From: an uncultured Clostridia bacterium
GTDB taxonomy: Bacteria > Bacillota > Clostridia > Christensenellales > UBA1242
Assembly: GCA_930990975.1 (NCBI GenBank)
Contig: CAKNRR010000001.1
Span: 9,756-73,755 of the forward strand
Length of the DNA stretch: 64,000 bases
Reading direction: 5' to 3'
Shown here: piece after piece, positions 59,936 to 64,000 of the stretch
Layout: each line of letters opens with the position of its first letter
Position numbering within the stretch: the stretch's first letter is position 1
Made by a program: the position numbers and the translations under genes
Notes under the pieces: generated by a model
The model's database searches: none
The model's input: only the letters and a program-made list of their open reading frames with translations
What the model was told of the DNA's origin: nothing

Positions 59936-60084
59936 AAGTTTAAATTGAAATAATTAATTGAAAAATTAAATTGTAATTAAAAATTTTCTTATATTAATTA
60001 AAAATATTTTAAATTATATAAATATTTTAAGTTATTAACTTTATTTTATTGTTTGCTAAAGTTTATAAAAATTCAATATTTATA

Positions 60085-60114
60085 AAAAAGGTAGGAGTAA
60101 TCCTACCTTTTTTA
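60085..60114. terminator. bidirectional terminator
   Basis: aaaaaggtagga / tcctaccttttt stem with a GTAA loop. Confidence 0.75.
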
Positions 60115-60133
60115 ATGTATGTAACATTTTATA

Positions 60134-60913
60134 TTAAGTTCCAGTGCTTTTATATTTGCGTAAGCTTAAATTGAAAAATATGATGCAAGGAATAACAAAC
60201 AGCATTCCAAGTAAAGGCGATATTGCACATAGCCATGAAGGTATAGAGCCTATTTCTAAAATATATGATAATGGAAGATAGTTAAAACAAGCAATAGGAA
60301 TTATAAAAGTAAATATTCTTGTCAGCCATTTGGCATAAATATTAATAGGGTAGTAGGCAAGTTCTTTACTTCCATTTGTCAGAATGTTTAAAAATTCTAG
60401 ATTCTCAACTGTATATATGCTGATGCCTGCACTTAAAACAAATAGTCCGAAGATAACAAAAATTCCACAAATATATGTTGAAATCAATACAAGAACTTTT
60501 AATATATTCCAGTCAACATTTATATTTACAATAGCAATTATGCTTATCACAATGCCTAAAATAACGCGTGCAAGTTTTGTAAATTCAATTTTTGAGCCAA
60601 AAATTTGATAATGAATATTTACAGGTCTTATCAAGAATCTATCCAATTCACCAGATTTAATAAGCTTTGGAAATTCATCGTATCCTCGTGCAAAACATTC
60701 TGTTAGTGAGAAAACTGTGTAAACAATTCCCATCATTAATAAGGACTGATAAAATGTCCAACCAGCAACAGAGTTGAATTGACTGAAGAGTAGATAGACA
60801 GCCAATATTTCGCTTATATTAATCAAAATTTGATTGAATGTTATAAACATCATATTGTAGCGATATTGAAAGGAAGATTTTAAATGCATTTTTAAATAAT
60901 TCTTATATAGCAT
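60134..60913 (-). CDS. ABC-2 type transporter permease (COG3694/COG4587-like, DUF990 kind)
   Basis: 259 aa with 6 TM segments. It is the third gene of an ATPase-permease-permease operon. Confidence 0.7.
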   Translation of the reverse strand: MLYKNYLKMHLKSSFQYRYNMMFITFNQILINISEILAVYLLFSQFNSVAGWTFYQSLLMMGIVYTVFSLTECFARGYDEFPKLIKSGELDRFLIRPVNIHYQIFGSKIEFTKLARVILGIVISIIAIVNINVDWNILKVLVLISTYICGIFVIFGLFVLSAGISIYTVENLEFLNILTNGSKELAYYPINIYAKWLTRIFTFIIPIACFNYLPLSYILEIGSIPSWLCAISPLLGMLFVIPCIIFFNLSLRKYKSTGT

Positions 60914-60914
60914 A

Positions 60915-61715
60915 TTAACCTCCTTGAATTACTGCTTTTTTTAGAGCAGTATTTATTAAAAATTTTCCAAGCAAAATTAATACTATAAGCCAAGCAAAAC
61001 CTATTGCAAGATAGATTAATCCTTCGTTTATTCCCACATTTCCTATATAAAGCCTAAAAGGAAGATCTGATATAAATCTAAATGGTAAATAGTTTAATAC
61101 ATTTTGAATACTTTCTGGTAATAGGGGAAGAGGTATTATAAGTCCGCTTAACAAGTTTGAAATTGAAGAGACAATTCCTATAGAGCCTTTTTCTGAAAGG
61201 GTTTTAAAAGTTAAGAATACTGCAAACATTGATATAGCATGACTCATTAATAACCCTAAAATTAAACCTAAAAAGAACAGAACAAAGGCGACAAAACTTG
61301 TTGGTGCATGAAGGTTTAAGTTTTCTGGCAGTAACACTGCTATTATTATTATAGGCAGAAATCTTAAAAGTGTTGAAGCAAGTTTTTGACCTATGCCTTC
61401 CGCATACCATTGATTATAAATGTTTATGGGGCGAACAAATTTATAACAAACATTTCCATTTGTGATTTCAGTTCCAATTCGTTTTCCCATGACAATATAT
61501 CTCATAGCAAAAAATGCTTGACCAAGCCATATGTATGATGTCATTTGTGCAATTGTTAAACCATTGATAGTATCCGATTTCATAAATGCAGAGTATAAAT
61601 ATATTTGTAATAATCCCCAGAAAAATTGGGTTGCGATACCTGAGATTGCTTTTGCTCTATATTGCAATTCTCCTTTAAATTCCATTTTAAAAATTCCAAA
61701 ATATGATTTTCCCAT
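60915..61715 (-). CDS. ABC-2 type transporter permease
   Basis: 266 aa with 6 TM segments. It is a paralogous partner of the downstream permease. Confidence 0.7.
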   Translation of the reverse strand: MGKSYFGIFKMEFKGELQYRAKAISGIATQFFWGLLQIYLYSAFMKSDTINGLTIAQMTSYIWLGQAFFAMRYIVMGKRIGTEITNGNVCYKFVRPINIYNQWYAEGIGQKLASTLLRFLPIIIIAVLLPENLNLHAPTSFVAFVLFFLGLILGLLMSHAISMFAVFLTFKTLSEKGSIGIVSSISNLLSGLIIPLPLLPESIQNVLNYLPFRFISDLPFRLYIGNVGINEGLIYLAIGFAWLIVLILLGKFLINTALKKAVIQGG

Positions 61716-61724
61716 TTTGCACCT

Positions 61725-62714
61725 CTATAATTTATATTCCTTATATAGTTTTGCTAAAATTTCATCAACTCCAAGTGATGTTACTTGAAAATCAACTATT
61801 TCATATTTTTCTGATATTTGGTTTACAAAGTTTTTGGTATGGAATTCAGTTGTAGGTAAATTTTTTAATGTTGCAAATTTTTTATTATGCTCAATTGTTT
61901 CATATCCTTCTAATTCAATTGAATCATATTCTTTTGCAAATTCTATCTCAATTGTTTTTATAGAAGAATATTTATTTTTTATATTATCAAAACTGCCTTG
62001 ATATAAAATCTGTCCTTTTCCAATTAAAATTATTTTATTTGTCAAGGCTTCAATATCACTCATATCATGAGTGGTTAAAATAATTGTTGTATGCCATGTT
62101 TGATTGATATATTTAATAAAATCTCTGACTGCTAATTTTGTTACCGCATCAAGTCCTATCGTTGGTTCATCAAGAAATAAAATTTTGGGGCGGTGTAGTA
62201 ACGAGCCTGCAAGTTCACATTTCATTTTTTGTCCAAGTGAAAGTTGTCTCAATGGTCGTCCAAGCAGTTCTGAGAGATTAAGTGATTTGTTTAATATTTC
62301 AAGTGTTTCTTTGAATTGTTCATTCGGTATTTTATAAATATCTTTAAGAAGTTCAAAACTATCAATAACGGGGACATCCCACCATAATTGACTTCTTTGC
62401 CCGAATACAACTCCTATATTTTTGACAAAGTTTTTTCTATTTTGCCATGGAACCAATCCGTCAATTATACAGGTTCCAGATGATGGTGTAAGTATTCCAC
62501 TCATAATTTTTATTGTGGTACTTTTTCCAGCACCGTTAGGGCCTATGTAGCCTACAATGTCGCCTTCTTCAATAGAAAAGGTTACATTTTTTAGGGCATT
62601 TATAATTTTATGTTTTCTCATAAAGAAATTTTTAAACATACTAAAACGCCCAGTGTTCCGCTCTGGAACTTTAAAGTTTTTGCAAATGCCTGTAAAGTCT
62701 ATAATGCTTGCCAT
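61725..62714 (-). CDS. ABC transporter ATP-binding protein
   Basis: Start at MASIIDF after RBS GGAGGA. Motifs are GPNGAGKST, LSLGQKMK, ILFLDEPT and HDM. Confidence 0.88.
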   Translation of the reverse strand: MASIIDFTGICKNFKVPERNTGRFSMFKNFFMRKHKIINALKNVTFSIEEGDIVGYIGPNGAGKSTTIKIMSGILTPSSGTCIIDGLVPWQNRKNFVKNIGVVFGQRSQLWWDVPVIDSFELLKDIYKIPNEQFKETLEILNKSLNLSELLGRPLRQLSLGQKMKCELAGSLLHRPKILFLDEPTIGLDAVTKLAVRDFIKYINQTWHTTIILTTHDMSDIEALTNKIILIGKGQILYQGSFDNIKNKYSSIKTIEIEFAKEYDSIELEGYETIEHNKKFATLKNLPTTEFHTKNFVNQISEKYEIVDFQVTSLGVDEILAKLYKEYKL

Positions 62715-62959
62715 TTCTTTTCCTCCCTTTTTTAAAAAATAGGTTAAGAAAGATAAGAATAGTAGAATTTTAAGAGCATTTCTTAACTGCGAAAAACGCA
62801 ATGCTATATATTACCATATTTTTAAGAAAAAGTCAATAGGTTTATTATATTTTAATAATTATATATTAAAAATTAATGTGTTTTATATTAAAATGAACTT
62901 AAAGTTGCTTTAAATTTAGCATATTAATGTGATAAAATATCTTTAATAAGAGGGGAAAT

Positions 62960-63586
62960 ATGGTTAAAAATATAAAAATAAATTGTCATAGCAGTATTTG
63001 TATAGATGGGGACATTTACATAGATCCATTTAATATAAATGAAGAATACAATAACGCAAAGGTAATTTTTATAACACATTCACATTATGATCATTTAGAT
63101 GTAAATTCAATAAAAAATATTATTAAAATTGATACTAAAATTGTTTGCACAAAAGATAGTAGTATAATTTTAAAGCAGGAAGGTATTAAAAATGATATTA
63201 TAATTGTTAAACCAAATGAAAAAGGAGAGGTTTGCGGGATTCAATTTTCAACCTTTCCAGCTTATAATTTTGGTCATCATCATTTGAAAGAGTATGGATT
63301 TGTTGGGTATACTTTGATTATTGATAACGTAAGATATACAATTTGTGGAGATACCGATGCAACGCCAGAGCTTGAAAATGTGAAAACAGATGTCTTGTTA
63401 ATTCCAATTGGTGGAACATATACAATGGATGCAAAAGAAGCTGGAGAATTAACAAATAAGATAAATCCGAAAATTGCTATACCAACTCACTATAATTTTA
63501 TAAAGGGAACAGCTGGTAAAGAAGCAGAAAAAATATTCCAAAATGTTGTAAATAATAATATAAAAACCGAAATTTTAATCAAATAA
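62960..63586 (+). CDS. MBL-fold metallo-hydrolase
   Basis: The HSHYDHLD (HxHxDH) motif, 208 aa. Confidence 0.8.
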   Translation: MVKNIKINCHSSICIDGDIYIDPFNINEEYNNAKVIFITHSHYDHLDVNSIKNIIKIDTKIVCTKDSSIILKQEGIKNDIIIVKPNEKGEVCGIQFSTFPAYNFGHHHLKEYGFVGYTLIIDNVRYTICGDTDATPELENVKTDVLLIPIGGTYTMDAKEAGELTNKINPKIAIPTHYNFIKGTAGKEAEKIFQNVVNNNIKTEILIK

Positions 63587-63631
63587 TTCGCAAAAATGAT
63601 TAAAACTTTACTTAATTTTTTAAATTTTATA

Positions 63632-63663
63632 AAAAAATAGCATTCTTTTGAATGCTATTTTTG
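63632..63663. terminator. bidirectional terminator
   Basis: aaaaatagcattc / gaatgctattttt stem, loop tttt. Confidence 0.75.
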
Positions 63664-63671
63664 GTTGCAAT

Positions 63672-64000
63672 TTATAGTGTTGAATTTCTGCAACAGATGA
63701 ATTCATTGTCTATATAATGACTTATGAAATTCACTCTAAATTTTCTTGTTGAGCACATTGAATCTTGTAAGTTTATGTTATCTAGATTTTCTGGTAAAAC
63801 AAATTTAATACACTTAACCAAAACATCTTGACAAATTTGTCTATTATGGGCAGGTATTGCAAAAGTTTTTAAACCTCTTTGGTATTCATTGCCATCTTTA
63901 TCTATTTCATATAAAATTATACCAAGTGCGACTCGTTTATTAGGACAAATATTTTTTAATTTTACATCAATTTGAACTATTCTTCCAAGAGATTGTAGGG
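63672..64000 (-). CDS. hypothetical protein (N-terminal part lies outside the window)
   Basis: My reverse-strand translation is open to the window edge: ...IVQIDVKLKNICPNKRVALGIILYEIDKDGNEYQRGLKTFAIPAHNRQICQDV...ISHYIDNEFICCRNSTL, ending at a stop. I do not recognise the family. Confidence 0.5.
   Translation of the reverse strand, partial: LQSLGRIVQIDVKLKNICPNKRVALGIILYEIDKDGNEYQRGLKTFAIPAHNRQICQDVLVKCIKFVLPENLDNINLQDSMCSTRKFRVNFISHYIDNEFICCRNSTL

Overview
This is a low-GC chromosomal segment of Bacillota (Firmicutes) type. GC is roughly 30% by eye. The standard code applies: TGA is a stop, for example in the rimM/trmD ATGA overlap. The housekeeping backbone is valS, lexA, rsmD, lepA-hemW, ylxM-ffh-rpsP-khpA-rimM-trmD, rbgA, yraN, murG, a parE/parC-like type IIA topoisomerase pair, rplS, rpsU, mtaB, tRNA-Leu(CAA) and tRNA-Arg(CCT). 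Between these sit large surface proteins typical of host-associated bacteria: Listeria-Bacteroides repeats, GLUG motifs, a BspA-type LRR protein and an M60 enhancin-like peptidase with PA14 and discoidin modules. There are also several transporters and a number of accessory or odd loci. The items I rank highest are listed here. (1) A stand-alone 594-aa protein with two duplicated R-N-x3-H HEPN motifs lies antisense between mtaB and rpsU. No CRISPR array is visible. (2) Two intergenic elements (26889..26992 and 39431..39509) fold into the same nearly gap-free four-way junction. Their closing stems are related but their hairpin sequences differ. (3) A protein built from nine 36-aa mTERF-like repeats. 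(4) An intact orphan phage terminase large subunit next to a sigma-region-4-like regulator and tRNA-Leu. (5) A low-GC two-gene cassette of a transglutaminase-like and an HExxH protein. (6) A decayed DUF11 surface or spore-appendage-like gene followed by a Cys/Asn-rich ORF. No rRNA, CRISPR array, integrase or transposase was recognised. All calls come from reading the sequence and ORF translations only. No database search was run.
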